Below the pieces are notes generated by a model. It was not told the DNA's origin. It worked only from the letters and a program-made list of their open reading frames with translations, and did no database searches. A DNA stretch of 64,000 nt, taken from the NCBI GenBank assembly GCA_964388035.1, contig CAYLZE010000003.1, forward strand, positions 32,001-96,000, read 5' to 3'. Source of the stretch: an uncultured archaeon. GTDB taxonomy: Archaea > Asgardarchaeota > Lokiarchaeia > Sigyniarchaeales > SOKP01. This document shows, one piece after another, positions 50,698 through 60,912 of the stretch. The first letter of the stretch is position 1, and the number at the start of each line of letters is the position of its first letter. The position numbers and the translations under genes were made by a program.

Positions 50698-51891
50698 ATG
50701 AATGTCTATTTAGATTATCAAGCAGCAAAACCCGTGGATGAAAGGGTTTTGAATGAAATGTTGCCTTTTTTCAGAGAAACATACGCTAATCCAGCGAGTC
50801 TGCATTGTGAAGGGGATATAGCAACTACTGCTTTAGACAATGCAAGAAAAAAGGTGGCTTCTTTCATTAATGCTCCAGATCCTGAAAGCATTATCTTTAC
50901 TTCTGGGGCTACTGAATCAAATAATCTTGCATTAATTGGTGGAGCATTAAGAAATAAAAGAAAAGGAAATCATATCATCATTTCAGAAATAGAACATATT
51001 TCGATCTTAAATATTGCTAAATATTTAGAAAAAGAAGGTTTTAGGATAAGCAAAGTACCAGTAGATCAATATGGAATTGTAAAACTTGAAAAATTAAAGC
51101 AATTAATTACGAATGATACAATTTTAATCTCAGTAGCAGGGGCTAGTAATGAAGTGGGTTCTTTGCAACCCATAAAAGAAATTAGCGAAATTGCTTCTGA
51201 GAAGAAAATTCTATTTCATTCGGATGCTTTAGCTCTAGAACCAACAGTTCCAATTGATGTACAGAAAGTTCCTTTCGACTTACTAACTCTTTCTTCTAAT
51301 GATATTTATGGACCGAGAGGAGTAGGTGCATTATATTTAAAAAAAGGCCAGAGGGTGAATCCTGTATTGATTGGAGGAGGACAAGAAGAGGGGATGAGAT
51401 CGGGTTCCCATGATATGCCGGGGATAGTAGGATTTGGTAAAGCTGCTGAAATCATGACGAAAGAAATTGATGGCGAGGCGAGACATTTGAAAGGTTTCAG
51501 AGATCAACTAATTGATGGCGTTTTAAAAGGTATACCCAATTCGCATCTTAATGGGCATCCAGAAAAAAGAGTACCGCATAATGCACATTTCAGATTTGAT
51601 TTTATAGAAGGAGAGTCATTAATATTAGGATTAAAGGATGAATTTGTCGCAGCAGCCACTGGGTCGGCTTGTTCCTCAAAGACACTCGAACCTTCCCACA
51701 CGCTAATTGCAATGGGATTATTGCATGAAGAGGCTCATGGCAGTTTAGAACTTACTCTGGGCCGATATACGGAACAATCTGATATTGATAAATTAATAAG
51801 AGTATTACCAGGAATTGTAAAAAGATTACGAATCCTCTCGCCTCTCACCCCCCCTGATTTATTAAAATATTATAATGAGGTGAAAAAATAA
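50698..51891 (+). CDS. iscS: IscS-like cysteine desulfurase homolog (PLP Lys replaced by Asp)
   Basis: YLDY, YANPAS.H, FTSGATESNN, IEH, SSNDIYGPRG, GGGQE, GSACSS. Confidence 0.92.
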   Translation: MNVYLDYQAAKPVDERVLNEMLPFFRETYANPASLHCEGDIATTALDNARKKVASFINAPDPESIIFTSGATESNNLALIGGALRNKRKGNHIIISEIEHISILNIAKYLEKEGFRISKVPVDQYGIVKLEKLKQLITNDTILISVAGASNEVGSLQPIKEISEIASEKKILFHSDALALEPTVPIDVQKVPFDLLTLSSNDIYGPRGVGALYLKKGQRVNPVLIGGGQEEGMRSGSHDMPGIVGFGKAAEIMTKEIDGEARHLKGFRDQLIDGVLKGIPNSHLNGHPEKRVPHNAHFRFDFIEGESLILGLKDEFVAAATGSACSSKTLEPSHTLIAMGLLHEEAHGSLELTLGRYTEQSDIDKLIRVLPGIVKRLRILSPLTPPDLLKYYNEVKK

Positions 51892-51893
51892 GT

Positions 51894-52694
51894 ATGAATA
51901 TGAAATCTACCCAATATTCGGATAAAGTAATGGAACATTTTCGGAACCCACGCAATGTTGGAGTAATAGAAAATCCCGATGGTTATGGTAAAGTAGGAAA
52001 TCCAGTATGTGGGGATATCATGGAGATGTTCATAAAAGTAGGAAAGAACGATAAAGGAGAAGACATTATTGAAGATATTAAATTTAGAACCTTTGGTTGT
52101 GGTAGCGCGGTTGCAACCTCATCAATGACCACGGAAATGGCAATTGGAATGACTTTAGATGATGCATATAAGATAACTCGCGCGGATGTCGCAGAAGAAC
52201 TCGAGGGACTACCACCGATTAAAATGCATTGTTCTAATTTAGCAGCAGATGCGTTGAAAGCAGCAATTGATAATTATCGGACAGGGAAAGAATCTACGAT
52301 AGTAGCTCCCGTCTCGTGCCAAACTACCGAATTACATGTAATTTTGGGTTTGGATGAATTTCTGGGAAAAGGAGTGTATAATGAAGTAAAAAATTTAGAT
52401 GAATTTAAAGACAAGCGAGTCTTGGTAGTTGATACGGGAGATGAATCTGTTAAGACTGCTGTTGAATTAACCGAACACACGGGACGTGTCATTTTAATGA
52501 CATCGGGTACTAACCTTCCAGGAAACGAAGATCTACAGAAAAAATTAAAACGCTCAGACGTAAAAATTTTGTACCAATCAGAATTAATGGAAGTCCAAGG
52601 AACAAATGATATTGAAAAGGTCATCATCCATGATTTGGATGAAGATGAGCAATATGAATTATTCATAGATTCTCTGATAATATTTCAAAAATAA
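51894..52694 (+). CDS. iscU: IscU/NifU-N Fe-S scaffold fused to a thioredoxin-reductase-like C-terminal domain
   Basis: YSDKVMEHF.NPRNVG, NPVCGD, FGCGS, KMHCSNLA; C-terminal DEFLGKGV...FKDKRVLVVDTGD resembles the TrxB NADPH domain. Confidence 0.9.
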   Translation: MNMKSTQYSDKVMEHFRNPRNVGVIENPDGYGKVGNPVCGDIMEMFIKVGKNDKGEDIIEDIKFRTFGCGSAVATSSMTTEMAIGMTLDDAYKITRADVAEELEGLPPIKMHCSNLAADALKAAIDNYRTGKESTIVAPVSCQTTELHVILGLDEFLGKGVYNEVKNLDEFKDKRVLVVDTGDESVKTAVELTEHTGRVILMTSGTNLPGNEDLQKKLKRSDVKILYQSELMEVQGTNDIEKVIIHDLDEDEQYELFIDSLIIFQK

Positions 52695-52863
52695 AATTGC
52701 TCATTTTTTTTCATTTTCATGGACGAAAGAAGTATTAAATCGCTTGTATTATTTTAATTAATTATTATTTTATATTTTATTGGACTCAACTTTAAAAGAT
52801 ATAGCTTAAAAATATTATTATTATTATAGCTATTATCATTGAAATTAAGATTTCTTTAAAAAA

Positions 52864-53712
52864 ATGATAATATGGATAATCGATAGCACATCGGGAGTAA
52901 AATTGCTCTATTGGGCGAATAGGTCCGTTATAAATATTGATGAAGATCTAATCTCGGGATTATTAACTGCATTTCATCGTTTTTCTGTAGTTGAATTTCA
53001 ACAAAATTTAGAATCCATAGAAATGGGAGGATTAAAGTGGATTTATCAACAAGAACCCGAATATAACTTGATGTTCGTAGCTGCTGATAATAAAGATATC
53101 AAAACCGAGATTTTAACAGCTAGATTATATATAATTAATAAAATATTCTTGGATAAATATAAGGATTTATTCAAAACAAGGGGTTCTAGTTGGGAGGGAA
53201 ATTTTAATGTGTTTACCCCCTTTATAGATATTTTGGAATCTTACAATGCTCAATGGGACGAAACAAATGATATAAACCAAGTGGCTGAAATTTATGATAT
53301 TTTGCGGATTTTCCAACAGATTTTTATTATTTTAGGAAATTTATTACGCAATAGAATGTATCAAAAATCCCAAAATCGAATTTTAAGCGAAATAGAGAAA
53401 GATTTTGGTAAATTAATGAAAAATGAGAAATTTAATGAGCAATTTAATAAGCAAAACGTGTCGTTTTCAAAAATAAATTGGTTTGATCTTGAGGACATTA
53501 ACCTAATCAAAACTAATAAATTTTTACTTTTAGATTTTTTAAAATCTTTATTAGTCCTTATTATAAATGCTTTTAGAAAAGTAAAAGGCAATGAATATTG
53601 TTTTAAATATTTTAGTGAAGAGAAAATTTTTCTATATTTATATCAAAATATGAATTTAATTAAAGATCTTAACTTGGACTTATTTTTTCTAAAAAACTTC
53701 TTATTATTATAA
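52864..53712 (+). CDS. Longin-like domain protein with helical C-terminal extension
   Basis: MIIWIIDSTSGVKLLY...DEDLISGLLTAF..F...ESIEMGG. Confidence 0.7.
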   Translation: MIIWIIDSTSGVKLLYWANRSVINIDEDLISGLLTAFHRFSVVEFQQNLESIEMGGLKWIYQQEPEYNLMFVAADNKDIKTEILTARLYIINKIFLDKYKDLFKTRGSSWEGNFNVFTPFIDILESYNAQWDETNDINQVAEIYDILRIFQQIFIILGNLLRNRMYQKSQNRILSEIEKDFGKLMKNEKFNEQFNKQNVSFSKINWFDLEDINLIKTNKFLLLDFLKSLLVLIINAFRKVKGNEYCFKYFSEEKIFLYLYQNMNLIKDLNLDLFFLKNFLLL

Positions 53713-53943
53713 TTTTATAAATAATCTTAAATTTCATTCTTATTCTAACTCTGATGGAAAGGAAGTATTATTTTATCCTGAATACAATCTGTTAAGAAAG
53801 AATTGAAGTTAAGCTTTTAAATAATGAATAGCGTTAAGGATGAACATAGGTTATTTTATCAAAAAATATAATATGAACTAATTGGACACTTTTTTATTAA
53901 CTTAAAGTTAATTTATTATCTTTTTACTTAATTGAAGTGCGAT

Positions 53944-54279
53944 CTATTCCATTAGGGCATCTATTTTTGCAGCGACAATGAAATCGTTCAAATGTAAGCC
54001 CTTTATTACGTGTGTATGCAGCTCCAAAACGACTTGGTCATAAAATATATGAATATCCGGATGATGATCCTCTTCTTCTGCAATTTTAGCAACATTATTG
54101 ACAAATTTCATTGATTCACCGAAATCATCAAACCAGAATTCTTTCCGTATTTTATGGATTCCTTCCCTCGATAAAGCCCAACCTTTCAAATCATTTAAAT
54201 ATTTTTCTTCATCTTTTTCATTTAAGGGGGGAATTCCGCCCTCACAAGGAACGCACTTCTTTTTTACTAATTCACTCAT
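53944..54279 (-). CDS. phhB: Pterin-4-alpha-carbinolamine dehydratase
   Basis: CVPCEGG, AEEEDHHPDI, THVIKGLHLNDFIVAAKID. Confidence 0.92.
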   Translation of the reverse strand: MSELVKKKCVPCEGGIPPLNEKDEEKYLNDLKGWALSREGIHKIRKEFWFDDFGESMKFVNNVAKIAEEEDHHPDIHIFYDQVVLELHTHVIKGLHLNDFIVAAKIDALME

Positions 54280-54557
54280 AAAATTCACATTTTTTTTATC
54301 TCGTAATTATCTAATCACTTTTTTATATATAAATGCCATTTTGATAACTTATAACTTGGTTCCTTCTTTTAGATTTCAGAAAATCTATCCATTAAATGAT
54401 CCTTCTTAGAATCATTTCTGAATAAAGGACATTAATTTTTAAATTTAAAAAAAATATAAAGAAAATCTAAAAAACTCCAACACGATTCCACTTAAAATGT
54501 AACATTAATCCTTATCTATTAAACTAATTTCCTAAACACCATATTAGAAGAAAAGTT

Positions 54558-55037
54558 CTAACAGAATAAACAACTCGATTTTCCATGTTTTTCATAATAA
54601 CGTTGATGATACTCCTCCGCTTCATAGAATTCTTTCGCAGGTACGATTAAAGTCACAATTTTATTTTTATACTTTCCAGATTTATCCAATTTTGCCTTGG
54701 AATCAAGAGCTACTTTTCGCTGCTCCTCTGAAGTGTAAAAAATAACGGATCTATATTGCGAACCTACATCAAAACCTTGGCGATTGAGAGTTGTGGGATC
54801 ATGGATATCCCAGAATACATCTAATAAGGATGCATGGGAAAGAATTTCTGGATCAAAGATGACTTCTACGGTTTCAGCATGCCCCGTTGTATGGGAACAA
54901 ACATCTTTATAAGTCGGATTATCAGTTGTTCCTCCACTATACCCCACCCGGGTTGAAATTACACCTTTAACTTTCCTAAACGCGGCTTCAACTCCCCAGA
55001 AGCATCCTGCACCAAAATATGCTTTTTCTACTGTCAT
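54558..55037 (-). CDS. msrA: Peptide-methionine (S)-S-oxide reductase
   Basis: GAGCFWG, GYSGG, HAE, HDPT..NRQG.DVG.QYRS, AEEYHQ. Confidence 0.96.
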   Translation of the reverse strand: MTVEKAYFGAGCFWGVEAAFRKVKGVISTRVGYSGGTTDNPTYKDVCSHTTGHAETVEVIFDPEILSHASLLDVFWDIHDPTTLNRQGFDVGSQYRSVIFYTSEEQRKVALDSKAKLDKSGKYKNKIVTLIVPAKEFYEAEEYHQRYYEKHGKSSCLFC

Positions 55038-55243
55038 AGGTATATAATAAAAATTAAGAAAAAAAAAATACTTCTAATCAAGTATAAAAAATTCTAAGTA
55101 AAAGCTTATTTATAAAAAAAGAATTAAGAGATTTTTTATATATTAAACTTACAACTATAATAAAGAAAATTTCACAGCGTACTTTATAAGATCTAAAGAT
55201 GCTGGATGTTTTTACCTCTAATATACTGAAATTATTAATAAAA

Positions 55244-56050
55244 TTATCTATTCCGATATCCGTGAATTGTTTCTGCCGTTCTAAGTAAAGATTTTTCCGA
55301 TTTATCCGGTTTAATCTTCCCTACACGAGCTGTATATACTGCAAATTCTTCTTTTCCATCTAAGGAGAGATATCGATCCATTAATTCTTGATCATATGCA
55401 CCAACAGCACAAGTGCCTGCACCAATTGCCTCAGATGCCAGATAAAGGTTCTGACAAACGTGACCTGTTTCTTGCGCAATAGTTTTGTATGAAAAATCAC
55501 CATATCTCCATTCCGTGCGATATGGAATAACAGTCCATATGAAAACTAGGGGTGCTTTAAAGACCAGGGTTTTATCTAAAGGAAAAGGATCCTCTAAATC
55601 TTCTCGCAGTAAGAGGAGTTTATGTTCAATGCTTAAATATCTATACAATCCGGGTTTAAGATCTCCTTCAAGAGAAAGATATAAGTAGGTTTCAAATGGA
55701 TGTCTAGCCCCTCCTGAAGGAACGGTTCTCCATGTAGCAGAATTATTTCCAATTATACGCTGGACTCCTTGCGTGCTCCATAATAAAAACGAAATTTCTT
55801 CCAAACTAAAAGGCTCCTTAGTGAACTTCCTTCGACTTCTTCTTTTATTAATGACATCTATTAAAGACATATTTCCAATGGAAAAGTTTTGTGGGTCCAC
55901 TAAATCAATTAGGGGGACATCTTCAGGATAAGGCTTTTCTAAAGGAGGAGGAGGAATCTTTTTTATTTGATCACTTACGAATTTAGCTCCTTTTTGAAAA
56001 GAAATAGATTTGAGAAATTCTCTATATTTTTTATATTCTTCTTCGCTCAA
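55244..56050 (-). CDS. SagB/ThcOx-type nitroreductase family protein
   Basis: RRSRRKF, LLWSTQG, RTVPSGGARHPFE, GHVCQNLYL..EA.G.GTC. Confidence 0.88.
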   Translation of the reverse strand: MSEEEYKKYREFLKSISFQKGAKFVSDQIKKIPPPPLEKPYPEDVPLIDLVDPQNFSIGNMSLIDVINKRRSRRKFTKEPFSLEEISFLLWSTQGVQRIIGNNSATWRTVPSGGARHPFETYLYLSLEGDLKPGLYRYLSIEHKLLLLREDLEDPFPLDKTLVFKAPLVFIWTVIPYRTEWRYGDFSYKTIAQETGHVCQNLYLASEAIGAGTCAVGAYDQELMDRYLSLDGKEEFAVYTARVGKIKPDKSEKSLLRTAETIHGYRNR

Positions 56051-56561
56051 TTTTAAAATCTCACTAGTTCAATTTTTATCAAATTAATATTAAATTGAGA
56101 TTTATTGGTTGATAATAATTATCATTAATTTTCTATAATAAAAGTTGCACTGATCATTTTTCTGAATTTTTAATAGAATTTCATATGAGACAATTGCTTG
56201 CCGAACTGTTTAATATTAGAAGATCCAATCTATAATTTAATCCTTATTTGTAAATAATACGAGTTTTTTTAGCATATAGATGACATTTAGAGGTCCAATA
56301 ATTTGAGTGATAAAATATTATAATAGGGAATTATAAAAAAAGAGACATTAATTTAATTTACAAGAAAAAAAATGTAGAAGATTTTTTGATATAAGGCTTG
56401 AAACAAGAAGTTCAAGTTAACTCCTATAATTTCCAAGATTAAATGAAATGGATGTAAAAAATTATCAATACTATGGAAGTAAAAAAAAATACAGGAGTTT
56501 ATGAAATAAATTCTTTTTTATAAATCATATAACAGTTTAAAATTTAAGAAGGTGAGAATAA

Positions 56562-57149
56562 ATGGCGCAACCAATTGGTCCTTTAATGATGGAGCATCGG
56601 CTAATAGAAAGGATGATAGCTCTACTTAAGAATGAACTCCAACGGATAACAAGTAAAACAGAAGTAAATTCTGTTTTTATTAATAATGCCGTGGACTTCA
56701 TGAGAATTTATGCAGACAGAACCCATCACGGAAAAGAGGAGGATATTTTGTTTAGAGAGTTGAAAAAAAAGAAGATCTCTAAACAACACGAAACCATGAT
56801 GAATGATCTTATAAATGATCACATGTTCGCACGGAAAACAACAGGAGAATTAGTTAAAGCTAACCAAGATCATCTAAATGGAATTTCGGATGCGATTAAT
56901 ATTATCATCGAAAAACTCGCTATTTTAACGGAATTTTATCCCAAACACATTGAAAAAGAAGATAAACATTTTTTCATACCTGTCATGGAATATTTCACGC
57001 AAACTGAAAAGAATAACATGCTTGAAGAGGGACAAGTATATGATCGGCGAATGATTCATCGTAAATATAATTCGTTCGTCCTTGCAATTGAAGAAGAACG
57101 GCAACTAATTACAAAAAGATCAAATGATACATGGATAAATTACATGTAA
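56562..57149 (+). CDS. Hemerythrin (HHE) domain protein
   Basis: LMMEHRLI, YADRTHHGKEEDILF, DH, HIEKED. Confidence 0.88.
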   Translation: MAQPIGPLMMEHRLIERMIALLKNELQRITSKTEVNSVFINNAVDFMRIYADRTHHGKEEDILFRELKKKKISKQHETMMNDLINDHMFARKTTGELVKANQDHLNGISDAINIIIEKLAILTEFYPKHIEKEDKHFFIPVMEYFTQTEKNNMLEEGQVYDRRMIHRKYNSFVLAIEEERQLITKRSNDTWINYM

Positions 57150-57317
57150 GCATTTTCTTCTTTTTTTTTAAAAACTTAATAAAACGGTTAGAAAAAATGT
57201 ATTCAGCATGATAATAACCGAAATATTCAGTTATTTCTCGTTAGTGAAAAGGTTTACGAGCAAAAATAAAAATTGGACTATTAAAATTATTTCTTTAAAA
57301 ATGTTAAGCTTTATTTT

Positions 57318-58032
57318 ATGGAACTAAATAATAAATGCCCGGTTCTTTTTAATTCAAAATTTAGAGTTATTTCTACGTGGATTTTCTTTCTTTTAGGTGC
57401 AATCATTGTCATTTTAATTTTCGTAGCAATTTATAATTTTAACATTGGGTAAGCTTTAATAAACACTACAATATAATCGTCATCTTTATGCTTACATTGA
57501 AGTAGTTTCCGTTGGATTACTCCCCATGATCTATACCATTATTTGCAAGGAAAATCCTTCAATTTATGGCATAAGTATTAAAAAAAAAGGGATTATTAAG
57601 TCAATTCTACTATCGATGCTTTTAGTTCTTGTTTTATTCACTTTAGGATATTTAACCAAGGGAACTATAGTTAATTACGAATCCTACAATTTTGAATTGA
57701 ATTTTCCTTGGAACGTATTTTATTTTCTGCTCGGTGTTTTCGCTTGGGGTCCTTTAGAAGTTTTCTTTTTCGTGTATCTTATTATAAATACTGATAATAT
57801 CTTTCAGAGAGAGAATAAAATAGTCTCTTATGGATTAATAATCACTACTATAATTTTTGCATCATATCATATTCTAACGACTCAGAGTTTATATAATGCT
57901 TTTTATACCGGATCTATTTTTTTTGTCTTGGGTTTAATATTCCAATATTCAAAAAATTCAATTGGACCTATGTTAGCTTGGACTTTAATAAATGGACAAA
58001 TTTGGTTTATCTTACAAATGTTATGGCTTTAA
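57318..58032 (+). pseudogene. Disrupted membrane protein (CPBP/CAAX-protease-like)
   Basis: ATG 57318 hydrophobic ORF stops at TAA 57450; a different frame opens at 57463 and runs into 57526-58032 (GPLEVFFF, FASYH). Confidence 0.5.
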
Positions 58033-58234
58033 ACTATTTAATTTTTTTTTATTCTTTTTGGTATAAAGAAAAGGATGGGAAACAAACAATTATATCTTGT
58101 ATTTTGATTGCCTTTTGAAAGGTTTTAGTTAAAGAAATTTGTCAACTAACTTGTTATGATTCTTTTTTCTCTTTCCAACTCCTTTAAATTGTTAATCAAA
58201 GAGTATAAAAATTCACTAATTTAATTTAATAGAG

Positions 58235-59074
58235 ATGCAATATCTAAAATTTGGAAAGGAAGGAGAAAAAATTCCCTTAGTAGGACAAGGAACGGCAGGA
58301 ATCGAACCTTCTTTATCATCGCAAATGTTAGATAATTGGAAAATGGTCCTAAAGAAAGGTATCGAATTGGGAATGACCCATATTGACACCGCTGAACTGT
58401 ATGGAAATGGATTGGCAGAAGAAATCGTGGGAGATGTAATAAAAGATCATGACAGGAATGATTTGTTCATTACAACTAAGATGTTACCCTCGCGTATTAC
58501 AGAAAAAGCCATGAGATCAGCAATTGAAGGGAGCCTCAAAAGACTGAAGTTAAAATATGTCGATTTATATTTAATTCACTGGCTGGAAGAAGATAGTTCA
58601 ATTGAGAAAATAATGAGATTTTTAGAAAAGATGGTAGATGAGGGAAAAACAAGATATATTGGAGTAAGCAATTTCTCATTAGATGAAGTTAAAGCCGCAC
58701 GAAAGGTTTTGAAAAAGAATGACATCATAACAAATCAAATTAGATTGAATGTGAGAGAAAATCTTCACATGCTGGAATGTCTTCCTTATTATCAGGATGA
58801 AAACTTGTTTATTACAGCTTACAGTCCTTTAGATGATAACGGCTTACAGTCAATCGAACCCTCTATTCAAGAACTATTGAAAAGGTTAGCAGAAAAATAT
58901 GAAAAAACCATTCAACAAGTAGCTATCGCATGGTTAATCAACCATGATAATGTTATCGCAATTCCAAAAACAACCAGTGTAAAACACGTTGTAGAAAATG
59001 CGGAAGCGGTTGATATAAAATTAACGTGGGAAGAGTTGAAGGCATTCGAATATAAAATGATAGACAGTTTTTGA
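58235..59074 (+). CDS. Aldo/keto reductase
   Basis: IDTAELYG, FITTK, SLKRL..YVDLYLIHW, IGVSNF, AYSPL, IPKT. Confidence 0.93.
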   Translation: MQYLKFGKEGEKIPLVGQGTAGIEPSLSSQMLDNWKMVLKKGIELGMTHIDTAELYGNGLAEEIVGDVIKDHDRNDLFITTKMLPSRITEKAMRSAIEGSLKRLKLKYVDLYLIHWLEEDSSIEKIMRFLEKMVDEGKTRYIGVSNFSLDEVKAARKVLKKNDIITNQIRLNVRENLHMLECLPYYQDENLFITAYSPLDDNGLQSIEPSIQELLKRLAEKYEKTIQQVAIAWLINHDNVIAIPKTTSVKHVVENAEAVDIKLTWEELKAFEYKMIDSF

Positions 59075-59373
59075 ATGAATAGAATATTTATTTGAATTGA
59101 ATTCTCCATCCATGCTGAATAAATTCATAAAGAAGGAACAAATACATTAATTCTTCCCATATTTGACTTACTTTACTTTTTGAAATAAGGTTTCATACTA
59201 TTTCCTTCATGATCCATGTAATTCGAAAAAGAAAGTATAAAATTTCTAATATTTTCCTTTTCATCCTTTAATCATTAAATTTTCAATATAAAATATTTAT
59301 AAAAATTTTATATTATTTGATTATTTTTAATACTTAGAAGTTGTTAGTAAGAATATAATTTAGTACAAAAATA

Positions 59374-60912
59374 ATGGGAGAAAATGTAAAAATGAGAACA
59401 AAAGAGCAATACATGAAAGATTTGGGTAAGATGAAGAAAAACATATATTTCGATGGCGATAAGATTGACCGATTGGACGAACGCCAAATGAATTGTATTA
59501 ACACGATTGGAACAACTTTCGAAGTCGTAGATGATCCTGCATTTAAAGATTTGATTCTAGTGAAATCTCATCTTACTGGTGAAATTATAAATAGATTTAC
59601 CCATGTTCATCATTCTACCGATGATCTTCATAAAAAGCAAGACTTGACTCGAAAGTTATGTCAAAAAGTCGGAGGATGTATTCAACGATGCATGGGTTGT
59701 GATGGAATGAATGCCGTTTATAATGTGAGCTATGAGGCAGACAAGGCAAATAAAGGAAAAACTAATTATCATGAAAATTTTAAAAGATGGTTATTACGAT
59801 TTCAAAAAGAAGATTTAATAGCAGCTTGTGCCCAAACCGATGTAAAAGGAGATCGTATAAAGCGTCCAGCAGATCAGGCGGATCCAGATATGTATGTTCA
59901 TGTGGTTGACCAAAATGATGAAGGAATCGTGGTTCGGGGTTGTAAACTTCACATTTCTGAAGCTTCTGTTTCAGATGAGATTTTAGTGGTACCAACCAGA
60001 GCTTTGCGAAAAGAGGATAAAGATTATGCTGTTTCCTTTGCTGTTCCAGCAGATTATGAAAATGTGTCTCAAGTAATAACTATACATAATTTAAGAGAGA
60101 GAGAACATTATCATCGCGGCTTTACAATGGGAGCAACCGATTCCTACATTATTTTTGATGACACCTTCATTCCATGGGAACGGGTTTTCTTATGCGGTGA
60201 ACATGTATACGGAGGTGCTCTTGCCTTGTTATTTGGGTTATTTCATCGACATAGTTATTCAGGATGTAAGCCAGCAATCGGTGATATGATGACGGGAGTG
60301 GCAGCATTGGCCGCAGAGTATAATAATATTGAACAAGCTTCCCATGTTCGACACAAACTAGCGGAGCTCATCAGAGTCACTGAACTTGGGTACGCAGCAG
60401 GATATACTGCTTCCGATTTGGGGAAGCCGGAATTGTACGTGCCCGGTATGGGAGTAGTTCCATTTGGCCCAGGAAGTTACATTCCTAATTCAATTTATTG
60501 TAATGTAGGAAGATGCTTAACGGGAGAAAATGTATATCGTGAAGCAGAAATTATATGTGATATATCAGGTGGTATACCAGCAACTTTTCCTCATGAAAAA
60601 GACTTCATGAATCCAGAACTCACGGAAAAGTTATATAAATACATTACAAGAAATACTAATATAGCACCAGAGAATGCCACCAAGTTTTGGATGTTTGTAG
60701 GCGATTTATTATGTTCTGCAAGTGGAGGAATTGCACAAGTTGGTGGTTATCACGGAGGAGGCTCACCCGTAATGGAAGAGATTGCTATTACTTCGCAATA
60801 TGATATCGAAAAGCGAAAGAAAATCGTAAAAGATATCGTTGGAATTAGCGATAATTTAAATCGTGAATACATCAAAAAGAATAAAAGTCTTTCGAAATTG
60901 AAGCCTCGCTAA
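59374..60912 (+). CDS. abfD: 4-hydroxybutyryl-CoA dehydratase family (FAD/[4Fe-4S])
   Basis: CIQRCMG, QTDVKGDR, VVRGCK, FIPWERVFL, HRHSYSGCK, HGGGSP. Confidence 0.85.
   Translation: MGENVKMRTKEQYMKDLGKMKKNIYFDGDKIDRLDERQMNCINTIGTTFEVVDDPAFKDLILVKSHLTGEIINRFTHVHHSTDDLHKKQDLTRKLCQKVGGCIQRCMGCDGMNAVYNVSYEADKANKGKTNYHENFKRWLLRFQKEDLIAACAQTDVKGDRIKRPADQADPDMYVHVVDQNDEGIVVRGCKLHISEASVSDEILVVPTRALRKEDKDYAVSFAVPADYENVSQVITIHNLREREHYHRGFTMGATDSYIIFDDTFIPWERVFLCGEHVYGGALALLFGLFHRHSYSGCKPAIGDMMTGVAALAAEYNNIEQASHVRHKLAELIRVTELGYAAGYTASDLGKPELYVPGMGVVPFGPGSYIPNSIYCNVGRCLTGENVYREAEIICDISGGIPATFPHEKDFMNPELTEKLYKYITRNTNIAPENATKFWMFVGDLLCSASGGIAQVGGYHGGGSPVMEEIAITSQYDIEKRKKIVKDIVGISDNLNREYIKKNKSLSKLKPR

Noticed and set aside
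55244-56050. RiPP (azole) biosynthetic cluster suggested by the SagB/ThcOx gene
   Set aside because: No YcaO, precursor peptide or transporter nearby; stand-alone members are common
59075-59275. Coding-like fragments on the minus strand between the aldo/keto reductase and abfD
   Set aside because: All frames are interrupted by stops and no homology is recognisable
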